A stretch of 64,000 bases of DNA from Mizuhopecten yessoensis (GCF_002113885.1 NW_018406484.1:219179-283178), one strand, 5' to 3'; positions 1-13,012 are shown, counted from the stretch's first letter. Translations and numbers: made by a program. The notes: a model not told the origin generated them from the sequence alone.

Positions 1-627
1 AGGATCGTTTACAATATATCCGTAAGGATCGTTTACAATATATCCGTGAGGATCGTTTACAATATATCCGTGAGGATCGTTTACAATATATCCGTTAGGA
101 TCGTTTACAATATATACGTGAGGATCGTTTACAATATATCCTTAAGGATCGTTTACAATATACCAATGAGGATCGTTTACAATATTTCCGTGAGGATCGT
201 TTACAATATATCCGAGGATCGTTTACAATATATCCGTGAGGATCGTTTACAATATATCCGTGAGGATCGTTTACAATTTATCCGTTAGGATCGTTTACAA
301 TATATCCGAGGATCGTTTACAATATATCCTTAAGGATCGTTTACAATATACCAATGAGGATCGTTTACAATATATTCGTGAGGATCGTTTACAATATATC
401 GTAAGGATCGTTTACAATATATCCGTAAGGATCGTTTACAATATATCCGTAAGGATCGTTTACAATATATAGGTCAAGATCGTTTACAACATATCCGTGA
501 AGATTGTTTACAATATATACGTAAGGATCGTTTACAATATATCCGTGAAGATTGTTTACAATATATACGTAAGGATCGTTTACAATATATCCGTAAGGAT
601 CGTTTACAATATATCCGTAAGGATCGT
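1..627. repeat. 24-bp minisatellite (AGGATCGTTTACAATATATCCGTR)n, ~26 copies, truncated by the window start
   Basis: Unit read directly; explains the RIVYNISV / EDRLQYIR ORFs at 46-472. Confidence 0.97.
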
Positions 628-3469
628 CTTACAACATTTCACATAGTTATTTGCTTCATCATGCTTTGCAGAACCGAAATATCACATACTTTCTCACTAA
701 AACGCCCTATTAAAGAACGGAAAACAAATAGTGAAAACCCCAGATAGAATGGACCAAAGTTTTCCTAAAACCATCCTAGGGAGAGCCGTAATACGCTTAA
801 CCCATATGAAGAACTGCAAAACGCTAAATCCGTTCCATACATGTACAAGTTGGAATCACAGTGCGCCAATCAATATGAGGGAGAACCTCAATACGCTCAA
901 TCACATAAGCGAGAACCTCAATACGCGGGCCATCCTCCTGAGGGTTAACCGTAATAAGCTTATCCATACAAAGGTGATTCGGCTGAACCACATTACTCTT
1001 ATCCCTAGAATAGAGAACTGTAACAGCTAATCCACACAAGGGAGAACTATGGCTGAATCACAGACATCACAGACATGCTCTAGCAGTTCTATAATCTAAC
1101 ATAATTATGCTGTGTCATATAATCGGTCTTTTTGTAACTTACAGCATTTCGATATCTATTTCCAAGTAGACAAATATCAGTTATAATATCGACACAGACT
1201 ACACAGAGGATGTGTTAGTATTTCCCCGAACATAAAAAGTCAGTATGGCTATTTGATTGTGCGCGCCAATGAATGGGAATGTGGTTTTCATGTCATAAGT
1301 AATATTACTGTAAGCAATGTCGGATTATTAACACTCAGTGTTCATTAAGCTTTAACTTAAGCATGTATTTGTAATAAGTCGCATGCGACTAATAAAAAAA
1401 TGAAAAAAAAAACAACAAACAAAAGTGCATCCATACCCAACCTAAGCTTATAGAAAGGCTGCTGATATTGGAAATAGAATGTTAAGCGGATAGTGTCATA
1501 CAAATGTATTACAGGAATATGTAGTGATTTTGTTTTAAATGTTCATTGCCATTGTTAGAATGTTTTATATGTAAGTTAAATATATCGACTAACAAATATT
1601 GATACCCAACACCATTTAAGTTACCTGATACTAAATGAAAAACCTTTTGGAAAACGAAACGGAAAGTCGAAAGTGATCGAGATTTTTCTGAGAAGAACCG
1701 TAAGCTTGCTAACTCTGTCGTAGCCAGTTGGCGTTTAAACAAATTGAGTTGCTCGTGGTGAGGAAGAATGATGAATGGAATAGTTTTCACAAGGACAACG
1801 ATTGCCAGGACATCCCTACGATTGACGAGGCCACAATCAGTTGCTTCTGACGAGACAAACCTCTAGCGGACATTAACACCTGTATACCAGCTGTAAGGGC
1901 ACCAACAACCCCTGTAGGTAAAGGCGTTAACATGTGATTAATGTTTCATTGCTTTGGTCGTAATCATTATGACTTGCGACATCATAGCTTGTGTTATTTA
2001 CATCTGTAGCTGTAATTTGTACTTGACAACTTGTGAATTGTCGCCAAGTTGATTGTTATTGGAGGTAATGCTAGTTTAATGTTAACGAGGTGCCATGTAC
2101 CTTTCAACTTTGATGTATTATTCGGTTCTCTGGACCTTCGTCAGAGAACGAACCTTATTGGAGAGGGCGCCTGCATTGGCCTGTGTACCTTTAACACACC
2201 GACATTAACAACGACACAGTAGTGTCACGATGTCACCGTTACAGAAGATATGAATGCTATAGCCTGAGTGCTGACGTCATCATTGATATGACGTCTTAAC
2301 GGTAACGTTGGATACCACTGAACTATCACTTTCAGACCACCTTATCTTATTATTTGTAGAGGTGTCCATGAATATTTCGTTTGATCTTGTTTTGCCCTAG
2401 TTTATCAATTTGGGTTCGAACTCGGTTTTGTTGGCTTACGGTATCATCTTGTTTATCGAAAGGCACACATCTCTGTCTCTCGGACAGTAGGGGACGTGTT
2501 TCCGTTATGAATTTTTGATAGGATAAGTATGAATAGAATAAAATTCTAATCAATTGTGCGCATCAAAAGTCTTGGAATACAAATCTGTTAAAAGTAACGC
2601 CGCTAAAACATCCAGTTAAGTTTACTCATGGCTGTTTATTACCATAGTGTAGAGTATTGTAGGAACTAGAGTTTAGAGTCTCTCTAAATTCCTCAAGACA
2701 CATATCACAGGCCACATATGATAACAATAAACAATTTCTTGTCGACGGCGCTCACGTTAAGTGCTATAGAGAGTTGTTGAAACCAATACCGAAAAGTGAT
2801 AACTTATTAGGAGATATACTAAACTCGTCATCAAGTGATAACTTTGTTCTTCAATAATTGTAAACCTTGAGGAACAAATAAAAATACATCGATTAGATGA
2901 AGCTGAAGTTCTACTACATCATTGTAAAACATCGCTGATGGGATATTTATATGTTCAATGGATAGCCGTACAGCCATTAAAAGAACAATCGATAGCAATA
3001 TATATCACAATATATAGTAAACAACGTATATCAGAATATATAGCAAACAATATATACCAGATTCTTCCAAAGGTAAACCCTTTTTATAAAGGAATTAAAA
3101 AATCAAGCTGAGTTAAGGTTAAGGTTTGTGTCACAATATCTCAGTAGAATTTCTTCAAATTTTGTAGTTATTTTACTATGAAGTAAAGAAAAGGTTTTGC
3201 CACATAATAATATATAGGTTGTCAGAATTTTAAGGATTTTAAATGGAAATTTATGTAAAAAGGAGTGAATTTTGAAAAAAATTGAAAGTAACAATTATTT
3301 GCAAAATAATGTCAATAAAAATGATACTGCCATAGATTAGTATTGCATTAATGTATATCAATTTAATAAATGCTGAAATTGTGTAAAATAAATTATCTAT
3401 AAACGATTAAAAATTGACATTTTATAATAAAACCATATACACATGGTAACTGCATGTAAGAGCTATCTT

Positions 3470-3947
3470 TCTTGAAGGGTAGGCAACACCTTACTGGTGG
3501 TTTACCCTGGGCAGTATACACCTTAGTAAAGGGAAGGTAACACTTCACCGGTGTTATACCTTGGGCAGTATACACTTAAGAAAAGGGAAAGTAACAACAC
3601 ACACAACCTCTCACCCCCCCCCCCCCCCCCCCCCCCAACACACACACTGATGAACTTTTACTATTGTTTTACGTTGAGCAATTTGTACTTTTGTAAAGGG
3701 AAGGTACATTTGTATCACATCCCTTGATGAACGTTTTTGTTATTGCTATAACTTTGGCAGTGAGCACTGTAGTACAGGGAAGACAACACTTTCTCTTGCT
3801 GAATTTTCTCCCTTGTTTTACATGTACCTTGGACAGTGTGTGTACTGGGGAGGTAACACCTTCTCCCCCCTGAATTTTCTCCCTTGTTTTACATGTACCT
3901 TGGGCAGTGTGTGTACTGGGGAGGTAACACATTCTCCCCCCTGAATT
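3470..3947. repeat. Degenerate tandem repeat with a near-perfect 71-bp duplication (3799-3869 / 3870-3940) and a C23 run (3614-3636)
   Basis: CTGAATTTTCTCCCTTGTTTTACATGTACCTTGG..GGAGGTAACAC recurs at 3799 and 3870; weaker GGAAGGTAACAC / TTGGGCAGTATACAC copies lie upstream. Confidence 0.75.
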
Positions 3948-4125
3948 GTGTCTACCTTGTTTTATATGAATCTTTGGCAGTTTGCCATTTCTGTGATGAT
4001 TTTATGGATACACTTTCTGTATGAACTTAAGTGAGAGAACGATTAGTACCATCTTCTCAGATAAATTTTGGTATTAACAGTAATTATTGGAGGGAAACTC
4101 TTTCTCGATAATATATTAAATGACC

Positions 4126-4688
4126 TTATTATATGCTTGAAAATTTCTCAGAATCACATTGGCCGGATTCTATACATGTGACCAGTCCTCAAAAAACTCA
4201 TGTAGACTGGTTATCCGGTGAATATCAATTTCTAAATATGACCTATATGGAAATTCCCCGGAACATGTCGTAGCGCATGCGCAGTTAGACCGGAACGCGA
4301 TATGTCAGACGAAAACAGAAGATTGCGGATGGCGAACTCTTCGACTCCGTTACATCTGAAAATTTCCAAACTACTCGAAGATAAAGGTGCTGGTAGCACA
4401 AAAAGGACACCGAAAGCAGTGCGTGTCCTCCATGCTTACCTTAAGGAAAATAATCTTAACGATGTCGCCGAAAACCGAACTGTTTGATTTAACTAAATTT
4501 TACACGGAGGCTCGTTCAAGTAAATGTTAACTATACAAAATCTTATTGTTGGGGCAAATAATAAAACAGTTATGGGCTTTTGTGCTGGTAAATATGATGT
4601 AATATGAACCTGAAAATACGCCTCGGTTAATATCACTTTTTCAAGTTTATATCACATCGTATTCACCAAAGTTCATAATTGTATAATA
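4126..4688 (+). mobile_element. Non-autonomous Crypton-like (tyrosine-recombinase) DNA transposon remnant
   Basis: Frameshifted translation FDSVTSE / ISKLLEDKGAGSTKRTPKAVRVLHAYLKENNL / LTKFYTEAR resembles the N-terminal region of Crypton/DUF3504-type recombinases. Starts TTATTATATGC and ends in an imperfect palindrome (ACAGTTATG..AATATGATGTAATATGAAC / GTTTATATCACATCGTATT..CATAATTGT). Family assignment is by recognition only. Confidence 0.6.
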
Positions 4689-5347
4689 TTCTATCGCTGG
4701 TGTACTTGATTAGGAAGGAAGTGACTTTATCTGTTGATTTATATAGCAGGAAATGGAGTGGTATAGAAACAGCGTCATTACTGGCAGAAACGACAGGAGA
4801 TGGAAGATTATCACATGAGATCATCCCGTTCTTGATTCATGTTTTCTGTAGGCATTGTTAGCACGTGTTAGTTAACACACCGTATACAAACACCATGATC
4901 AAATAAAACAACGCTTCAATGTCTTTATCTCGTTATCTTTATCACTACATGAGATACCTATGTATGAATACAACGTTTCAGATTATCTCAGTGTTTATGT
5001 TTGATATATAAGGAGTACAACATTTGATAACGTCTCGATAAATAATTGTGATATATTAGGAGTACAAGCATATGACAATGCTTCAGTAGATGGTTGTGCT
5101 ATGCCGTAAAAGGAAGAAAACTGGCAACACTGTATGCGGAAATTATCCGGATTAGTGTTCCGGGATACATCGATTAGGATCACGTCTCGCAAAGAAACGG
5201 GGAATAGCCGTCAGTCTGTGGCCGGATCTTATAGAATAGGGATAACGGTGTCTTCGATAAGTGTAGCATGACTGCAATCGATCAGGTCCACGTCCAGGGG
5301 AAATTAGAATTGAAACAGTCGCCAAACCATGTATATATATATATCAT

Positions 5348-5388
5348 TCCGCCTGAAGAAGCCCTAGAAGGCAGAAAGGCCTAGCGGA
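5348..5388 (+). ncRNA. Minimal type I hammerhead ribozyme motif (Penelope-like element/retrozyme type), possibly slightly degenerate
   Basis: UCCGC-CUGAAGA-A-GCC-CUAGAA-GGC-A-GAAA-GGCC-UA-GCGGA: stem I UCCGC/GCGGA, core CUGANGA and GAAA, stem II GCC/GGC, palindromic stem III AGGCCU, NUH = CUA. Confidence 0.62.
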
Positions 5389-5453
5389 CGATCTGAAAAA
5401 TTTGTTTTTATTCTATATTTTCCTTCGCAAGGACTTATTCATTTATTATCTAC

Positions 5454-5480
<27 letters not shown>
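5454..5480. repeat. (TA)n microsatellite; a shorter (TA)n lies at 5332-5344
   Basis: Read directly; the two tracts flank the hammerhead-containing segment. Confidence 0.95.
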
Positions 5481-5488
<8 letters not shown>

Positions 5489-5624
5489 CAGCCTGCGTCA
5501 GCGATGTACGTAATAACAAGTGTTTAGTTTCACCATCATATGTAGAACCCCCGCATGTAAACTTCCGCTATACCATTCAGCATGTTCAATTACCATATAT
5601 ATGTCCAATTACCTAACATATATA

Positions 5625-5985
5625 GCCTGCTCAAATACCATATGCTTTGCTCGAATACCATAACATAAAGTCTGCTCAAATACCATATGCCTTGCTCGAA
5701 TACCATAAAGCCTGCTGAAATACCATATGCCTTGCTCGAATACCATAAAGCCTGCTCAAATACCATAAGTCTTACTCCCATACCATAGAGCCTGCTCAAA
5801 TACCATAAGTCTTACTTCCATACCATAGAGCCTGCTCAAATACCATAAGTCTTTCTCCCATACCATAGAGCCTGCTCAAATACCATAAGTCTTACTCCCA
5901 TACCATAGAGCCTGCTCAAATACCATAAGTCTTTCTCCCATACCATACGGCTTGTCCAATTACCATAGGTCTAATCCCAAGGCAT
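5625..5985. repeat. ~20-bp minisatellite that becomes a 40-bp dimer (GCCTGCTCAAATACCATAAGTCTTACTCCCATACCATAGA)n
   Basis: Exact 40-bp periodicity from ~5751; looser 20-bp units before that. Confidence 0.92.
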
Positions 5986-7240
5986 TCAGACTGCTCAAAT
6001 TCCTCAAAGTCAGTCCTCATAGCATACAGCCTACTCCTATATCAAATGAAATATGTGTATATGAGTTGACACAATTTCTATTTCAAATGAGATTGATAAA
6101 GCTTTTCTAAACAAAACACATTTAAGCCTCTAGCGAAATAATAAAAACTGTGTCGCGTTTCATAAATCTCATTATGAAAGGAAACGACAAGAGTTGTTAT
6201 CAATATTTGTGAAAACAACCGGTTTCAAATAAAAAATGTTATTTGAAATTTCAAATTCATGCCTTTTACCTTTGTGACTCGCAATGAAATTGAAATACTA
6301 TGGAAAATATACTATATGATGCTCCAAAACCCATTTTTTTAAATTTCATCCTTTATTGCAAAGTTCTTTTTACTGATAGCACCCCAAAGAAGATTACTAC
6401 ACTTTGTTTATTTTTTTCATATCTAGTTTAGAACATCTAAGCGCTTAAACATATACGTTTCCAGTTCATCATAATGTCCTGGATACCTTAGCATCGATAA
6501 CGATTTTATGTTCAGTATGTTAACTAGTTTAATATAATAGAATAACAGTTAAATTGATAAATAGATAAATAAAATGCATGTCAATATTGTATTGACCCGG
6601 ACTTTATTCTGGAATGTGTTTGGTAAAATAACAATTTGTCGTTAATGAATATTAAGGTACTTACTATTTGATATTCAAACAGACAATATAAGGAGTAAAT
6701 GTCGAAGATACACGAATATTCGATGTGAACTCTCGTTAGACATTCAATGTATCACAGTGGACACATAAGCTTTTTCCTACTGACAGGGATCAATGCTTAT
6801 CAATCTCCCAGTGTTATACTGTATAGCGAAATCGAAATAATACAGCTATGAACGGGATTTGGCTGAAAGGGTTATCTATAAGCTTAATGGACACTTATTT
6901 TGCACGAACCAAATCTTACGGGATCGTTAAGTTATTTTCTTTTATTAACGGCAACCAAATCTGGACACGTTTAATTGGTATAAATAATCAACAAAATAAC
7001 AGTGTTTAGCCGGGTTGTAACGTGTGGTTGTACTTATAAGTGACCAATAAATGCACACGAAATAAATTGTATTTCATCTATCATAGGACATCATAAACAT
7101 AATTGCAATACTTACTTTCTCCCTGTTTTTTTGACAAATGAATATGCACTTTATAAATGACAGTTTGTGTATTTGGTAGATGACCGGATTTTTATTAGAT
7201 AAATAAGCTGTGGTCGTATGGAATCGGTTTCGCTGACGGT

Positions 7241-8038
7241 GTGTACTGACGATCGGGCCACTGAAGATCCACTCACCACCTCATGTGTACTAATGATAGG
7301 GCCGCTGAAGGTCCACTCACCACCTCGCGTGTACAGACGATCGGGCCACTGAAGGTCCACTCACCACCTTATGTGTTCTGATGATCGGGCCACTGAAGGT
7401 CCACTCACCACCTCATGTGTTCTGATGATAGGGCCGCTGAAGGTCCACTCACCACCTCATGTGTTCTGATGATAGGGCCGCTGAAGGTCCACTCTACACC
7501 TCGCGTGTACAGACGATCGGGCCACTGAAGGTCCACTCACCACCTCATGTGTTCTGATGATCGGGCCGCTGAAGGTCCACTCACCACCTCATGTGTTCTG
7601 ATGATAGGGCCGCTGAAGGTCCACTCTACACCTCATGTGTTCTGATGATAGGGCCGCTGAAGGTCCACTCTACACCTCGCGTGTACAGACGATCGGGCCA
7701 CTGAAGGTCCACTCACCACCTCACGTGTTCTGAGGATCGGGCCACTGAAGGTCCACTCACCACCTCATGTGTTCTGATGATCGGGCCACTGAAGGTCCAC
7801 TCACCACCGCGCGTGTACAGACGATCGGGCGACTGAAGCTCCACTCACCACCTCATGTGTACTGATGATAGGGCCGCTGAAGGTCCACTCACCACCTCGC
7901 GTGTACTGATGATAGGGCCGCTGAAGGTCCACTCACCACCTCGCGTGTACTGATGATCGGGCCACTGAAGCTCCACTCACCACCTGTATGCACTGATGAT
8001 CGGGCCAATAAAGGTCCACCCACCACCTCAATGCACTG
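7241..8038. repeat. 44-bp minisatellite (CTGATGATCGGGCCACTGAAGGTCCACTCACCACCTCATGTGTT)n, ~18 copies
   Basis: Unit read directly; GC-rich relative to its flanks. Confidence 0.96.
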
Positions 8039-8620
8039 TCATGCTATGAACACGTAGCATCGCACTCGTTCTGGTCCCATTATACTGACAACAGGATAGA
8101 AAAAAACTATAAGCTTATTTTAATAGCAAATCCTATTTCACCGACGACACCCGCCTTGTAAGTCTAGGTACAATCAAAGTAAAAGGGTCAGTGAGATTGA
8201 ACACAATTGAGAAAAAAAGAACGTAATCTTCATATCATTCAAGGCAACCTGCATCTGTTCAAACGCTTTTCGTCAGCAGTCGATGTATTTCACGAATAAT
8301 CATGATATTCAAACAATTTCTTACCTATGGGCACCATATATTAGGGTGTTATTTCCAAGAAAGGGAAAGTTTAGGATAGGAAAATCGATAACGTCATGCT
8401 TTCTGTACAGCTTAGTAGCAAGGTGTCCCTGTTGGTCAAGTTGTAAGAGTCTATAGTGTTCCGGTTTCAAGTTCAGAATGGTCAATAAATTTCTCCTGAT
8501 AGTACAAAATGGATGAAACTGTAATATGGCGTAACAAAATGTATGATTAACTTTTAGTATCGAAAAACTAAATTTTAGATAGAAGCTTCTTCACTTCGTA
8601 TTTAAGTCTTTATTAAGGTG

Positions 8621-9951
8621 GTTCACTCTGCTGATGAACTATACTGAGGTTGGCCATAGACTTGTAGCTGAGAGTTCCTCTGCTGGTGAACTGTACTGAG
8701 GTTGGCCATAGACTTGAAGCTGAGAGTTCCTCTGCTGGTGAACTGTACCGAGGTTGGCTATAGACTTATAGCTGAGAGTTCCTCTGCTGGTGAACTGTAC
8801 CGAGGTTGGCCATATACTTGTAGCCAAGAGTTCCTCTGCTGGTGAACTGTACCGAGGTTTGCTATAGACTTGTAGCCGAGATTTCCTCTGCTGGTGAACT
8901 GTACCGAGGTTGGCCATATCCTTGTAGATGACAGTTCCTCTGCTGTTGAACTGTACTGAGGTTGGCCATATTCTTGTAGATGATAGTTCCTCTGCTGGTG
9001 AACTGTACTGAGGTTGGCTATATCCTTGTAGCTGAGAGTTCCTCTGCTGGTGAACTGTACTGAGGTTGGCCATATCCTTGTAGATGATAGTTCCTCTTTC
9101 TGGTGAACTGTACCGAGGTTGGCCATAGCCTTGTAGCTGAGAGTCCCTCTGCTGGTGAACTGTACCGAGGTTGGCCATAGCCTTGTAGCTGAGAGTTCCT
9201 CTGCTGGTGAACTGTACTAACGTTGGCCATATACTTGTAGCTGTGAGTTCCTCTGCTGGGGAACTGTACTAACGTTGTCCATATACTTGTAGCTGAGAGT
9301 TCCTCTGCTGGTGAACTGTACCGTAGTTGGCTATAGACTTGTAGCTGATAGCTCCTCTGCTGGTGAACTGTACTGAGGTTGGCCAAAGACTTGTAGCTGA
9401 GAGTTCCTCTGCTGTTGAACTGTACCGAGGTTGACCATAGCCTTACAGCTGAGAGTTCCTCTGCTGGTGAACTGTAACGAGGTTGGCCATAGCCTTACAG
9501 CTGAGAGTTCCTCTGCTGGTGAACTGTACCAACGTTGGCCATATACTTGTAGCTGAGAGTTCCTCTGCTGGGGAACTGTACTAACGTTGGCCATATACTT
9601 GTAGCTGAGAGTTCCTCTGCTGGTGAACTGTACCGTGGTTGGCTATAGACTTGTAGCTGATAGCTCCTCTGCTGGTTAACTGTACTGAGGTTGGCTATAT
9701 CCCTGTAGATTATAGTTCCTCTGCTGGTGAACTGTACTGAGGTTGGCCATAGACTTGTTGCTGTGAGTTCCTCTGCTGGTGAACTGTACTGAAGTTGGCC
9801 ATAGCCTTGTAGCTGAAAGTTCCTCTGCTGGTGAACTGTACTGAGGTTGGCCATAGACTTGTAGCTGAGAGTTCCTCTGCTGGTGAACTGTACTTATGTT
9901 GGCCATAGCATTGTTGATGATAGTTCCTCTGCTGGGCAACTGTACTGAGGT
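8621..9951. repeat. 52-bp minisatellite (GTTCCTCTGCTGGTGAACTGTACTGAGGTTGGCCATAGACTTGTAGCTGAGA)n, ~25 copies
   Basis: Unit read directly; produces the overlapping MANLGTVHQQRNSQLQ-type ORFs. Confidence 0.97.
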
Positions 9952-12679
9952 TCTAGCTGCGAGTTTTTCTTGATGGATTTGCATTAAATACCTGTGCAAG
10001 CACAAAGTAACTGCTGCATTCAAAAATACTAAAAAGGGTTTTCTCTGTCTCTTTTCGATGCATTCTACATGTTTCGTAACACTTTAAACATTGAAAAGAC
10101 TGTTCTCGAAAAAAAGAACGAATATGTTTTTCATGATTATGGTAATGTAAACAGTAGAAAAGTCAGATGTAATGAAAAGGAAAATGAGGAGATGATGCTT
10201 AGGATTGATTACACATCTTTGGGATACTAAAGGTTAGATTGTTGTTTGCTCAAAACAAACTTAGCCTTTATTATTCATACCAAACTGATGAATCTTATCC
10301 CGAATTCTGTAGTATACATTATATTCCATTATTCCCTGAATAACTGTGGAATATTAGCTTCTACTGTAAGATGCTTCTGATGTTAATGACATTTATCACC
10401 TTGTTGTCAACACGACATTCATTAAGTTCTGAGCTACAGGGTGTGTGTGATTATCTCTACAAACAGGCTTAAAGAGTCCACTTTGTGTAACATCGGCAAT
10501 TTTATAAAGACTTCCAACTAGTTTTGAAATGTCATCAAGATCATTCCGCTTGTAATTGTATGAAAACGGCAGGTTTTATGATGGTTTTCCCAGCACAATC
10601 CTTCAGTAATGAGACAAATCATTAACACGAAGGTTTTTCGCTCTTATTTAGAATCTTTGCCATTTCGTACCTTTCACTCGTAATTGCACGGGATAAGGTT
10701 TTCATCATAATGCATTTTAGCTTGAGTACAACTTACCGAAAATGGCATTTCAATTGCACTCAGAGATATCATTTCTCATATAGATATTTGCGTGTGCTTT
10801 TTGCAAAAAAATGTTGCTTGTAGACTCATATTTTAATCAATTAGTCATAGACTAACAGTACTATTGCGATTAACCTATGGTATGTTTTAGTTTTAGAGTC
10901 AATATATTTACCTTGATAATGCTTTAAAAGTCCTTTTGACAGTTTAATACACGTATTTTCAATGCGAAGATTCTGAAGAAAAAGCACCGTACACTTCAGT
11001 CTTTTTTTGCTATTCGATTCAGTTTACATACACAATATTTAGTTCTCACCACCACAACAAAGAAGAAAAAAAAATGCGTTTGCTCGATTTTTCAAATAAA
11101 GATATTCATCGATCATAGCAAAAACTAACAATATGTTTTTGTTTTTTTAATTTTTATGTTTTGGTTAATTTTCGTGTAGGGTGAACGGACAATGAATGTT
11201 GGCCTCAACACAAGACTGATCTATAATCATTTATAGAAATTTGGTATATACAATGTTTTGCCTCTTCTGCGTAAGCTTATGCATTTAAGACACTAAATTA
11301 AATCTAGATGATTTCATTGGTGATAACAACGACAGAGGCGTGAAGAAACCTGCTTTTAAATAATGGGAAACAAGTTGGGCAAATATTAATGATAAACAAG
11401 TTTGTCGAAAATATCGATAAATTGATAACATGTTTGATGATGTAACTAATGATTAAGGGCTACAGAAATTGTCTATACGGTGCATTCTTATATACACGAC
11501 CAAGATAATAGTATAACAAGGTATACAAATATCACACTATATTTACCATTAGCATATATATAACACGCTCGCAACCTTATTGAACATTTATCGAGTAAGA
11601 ATTTTAACAATCGAGTAATAAGACACACTGTCTTTTTCAAGCCATTACTGACAACAGCGAACACGTCTCAATATAGCTACAGACAGGCTAATGTCGTTGA
11701 TTTGTACATATACATGACGATGTCTAACATTGAGAACAACTTCGTTTGTGCGTATTTATGAAGCCTGTCTGTATATAGTCGTGATCACTGTACCTCTGGG
11801 GACGGCTGAGGAAAGGCTGTAGTTGTCGTCTTGTCTCTGGCAGGTCCTACGCCCCCACACTTCACGTTCACGCTGACACTTCATTGTTCAGCTCCTAATC
11901 CGGCTAGCCCAGAGGAATCGTTTCCTTGGTGCTGACTCTAACTAACGTCAACCGTTCAGACACTACACAACGCTAGAATACCAACTATATTTTAGGAATC
12001 ATCCAGGGTATCATTCCATTATCATCTACATAATGTTTGTATTGAAAGTTGTTGTTCACCTTCTGTCATAGGGCATACCGCATCGACAAAAATATTCCCC
12101 AAAGATAGAATGCATCAAGTTATAGAGAATAACGTAACAAAAGCAAAAAAATAAATATTGCAATTAGTGATACTGACATTTGCGTACATGACATCACACT
12201 GTTTTGAACAGTAATTGAAAATTTAACTCCTGGTTGCGTGAAGCTTATCGATGATGAAATGTTTTTGAGGATATTGATATCCATTACTATTCGCAATAAA
12301 ATGAATATTATTCAATATTTCATTAAAAAGTGTATATTGTGCAATATTGCATTAAAAAGTATAGTGGTTTTTCTAAAAAGTAAATTATTAGTAGGAAACA
12401 GATGATGAAAATAACAAAAACGTATATGTATGAATTACCCCCGAAACATATTTATCAGCGTATTTTGTTCTCCATATTGGTAAAGCAAGGAAACAGTGTT
12501 TAAATTAATAATAAATATATACTATCGAATTACCTGAACAATAATTATAATAATAATACTACACAACATTTGATATTGCGACCTATCTAGCTAACATAAG
12601 CCACGCTAAATCGCTTTACAGTACATAGATATACAATTAATAAAATAAGCATATACATTAATCAAAACATTATTTGAGG

Positions 12680-13012
12680 AATTCGCAGGCGCTAACTACT
12701 AGTCCTATGCCATCTGGCTAATATCTCCCTGTTTCTGTATGCATGCTCGTGTGCTGGAGATGTATTGTGTTCTGATTGTAGTGAGACCGTGCTTCCAACG
12801 ACATCTTTTATAGTGCCACCTTACTTGAATGCTCCAGCACAGATACCGCAACATCCACCCAGACCATTGTATACTCCACCTGGGTTGTTGGAGTTGTGTG
12901 GACAGGAGAAAAAACACTTTCTCTGATATTCCATGCGTGCGAGGACTTCGAAGATCGAACCCCGGCCGCCTGCGTGGAAGGCCGGAGTGTTAACCACTCG
13001 ACCAATCCGCCC
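12680..13012 (-). mobile_element. tRNA-derived SINE
   Basis: Minus-strand head GGGCGGATTGGTCGAGTGGTTAACACTCCGGCCTTCCACGCAGGCGGCCGGGGTTCGATC has a Pol III A box (TGGTCGAGTGG) and B box (GGTTCGATC) but no closed acceptor stem. It is followed by a ~260-bp body containing AAGGTGGCACTATAAAA. The 3' end is approximate. Confidence 0.8.

Noticed and set aside
46-472. Repetitive RIVYNISV ORFs
   Set aside because: Translations of the 24-bp minisatellite.
1509-1864. Open frame RFVSSEATDC...KRQLATTE as a possible exon
   Set aside because: No recognisable homology, weak splice signals and no phase-compatible partner exon.
2110-2150. Minus-strand CTGACGAAGGTCCAGAGAACCGAAT as a second hammerhead
   Set aside because: GAAT instead of GAAA and no stem I pairing; at best a degenerate relic or a chance 8-bp hairpin.
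7241-8038. CTGATGA plus GGGCC/GGTCC hairpin in each 44-bp unit as tandem hammerheads
   Set aside because: No GAAA or stem III/NUH follows the hairpin on either strand.
8639-10023. Gln/Ser-rich ORFs on the minus strand
   Set aside because: The 52-bp unit is not a multiple of 3; the same peptides appear in all frames and are interrupted by stops.
12940-13012. tRNA gene
   Set aside because: No acceptor stem, broken T-arm, and it continues into a SINE body.
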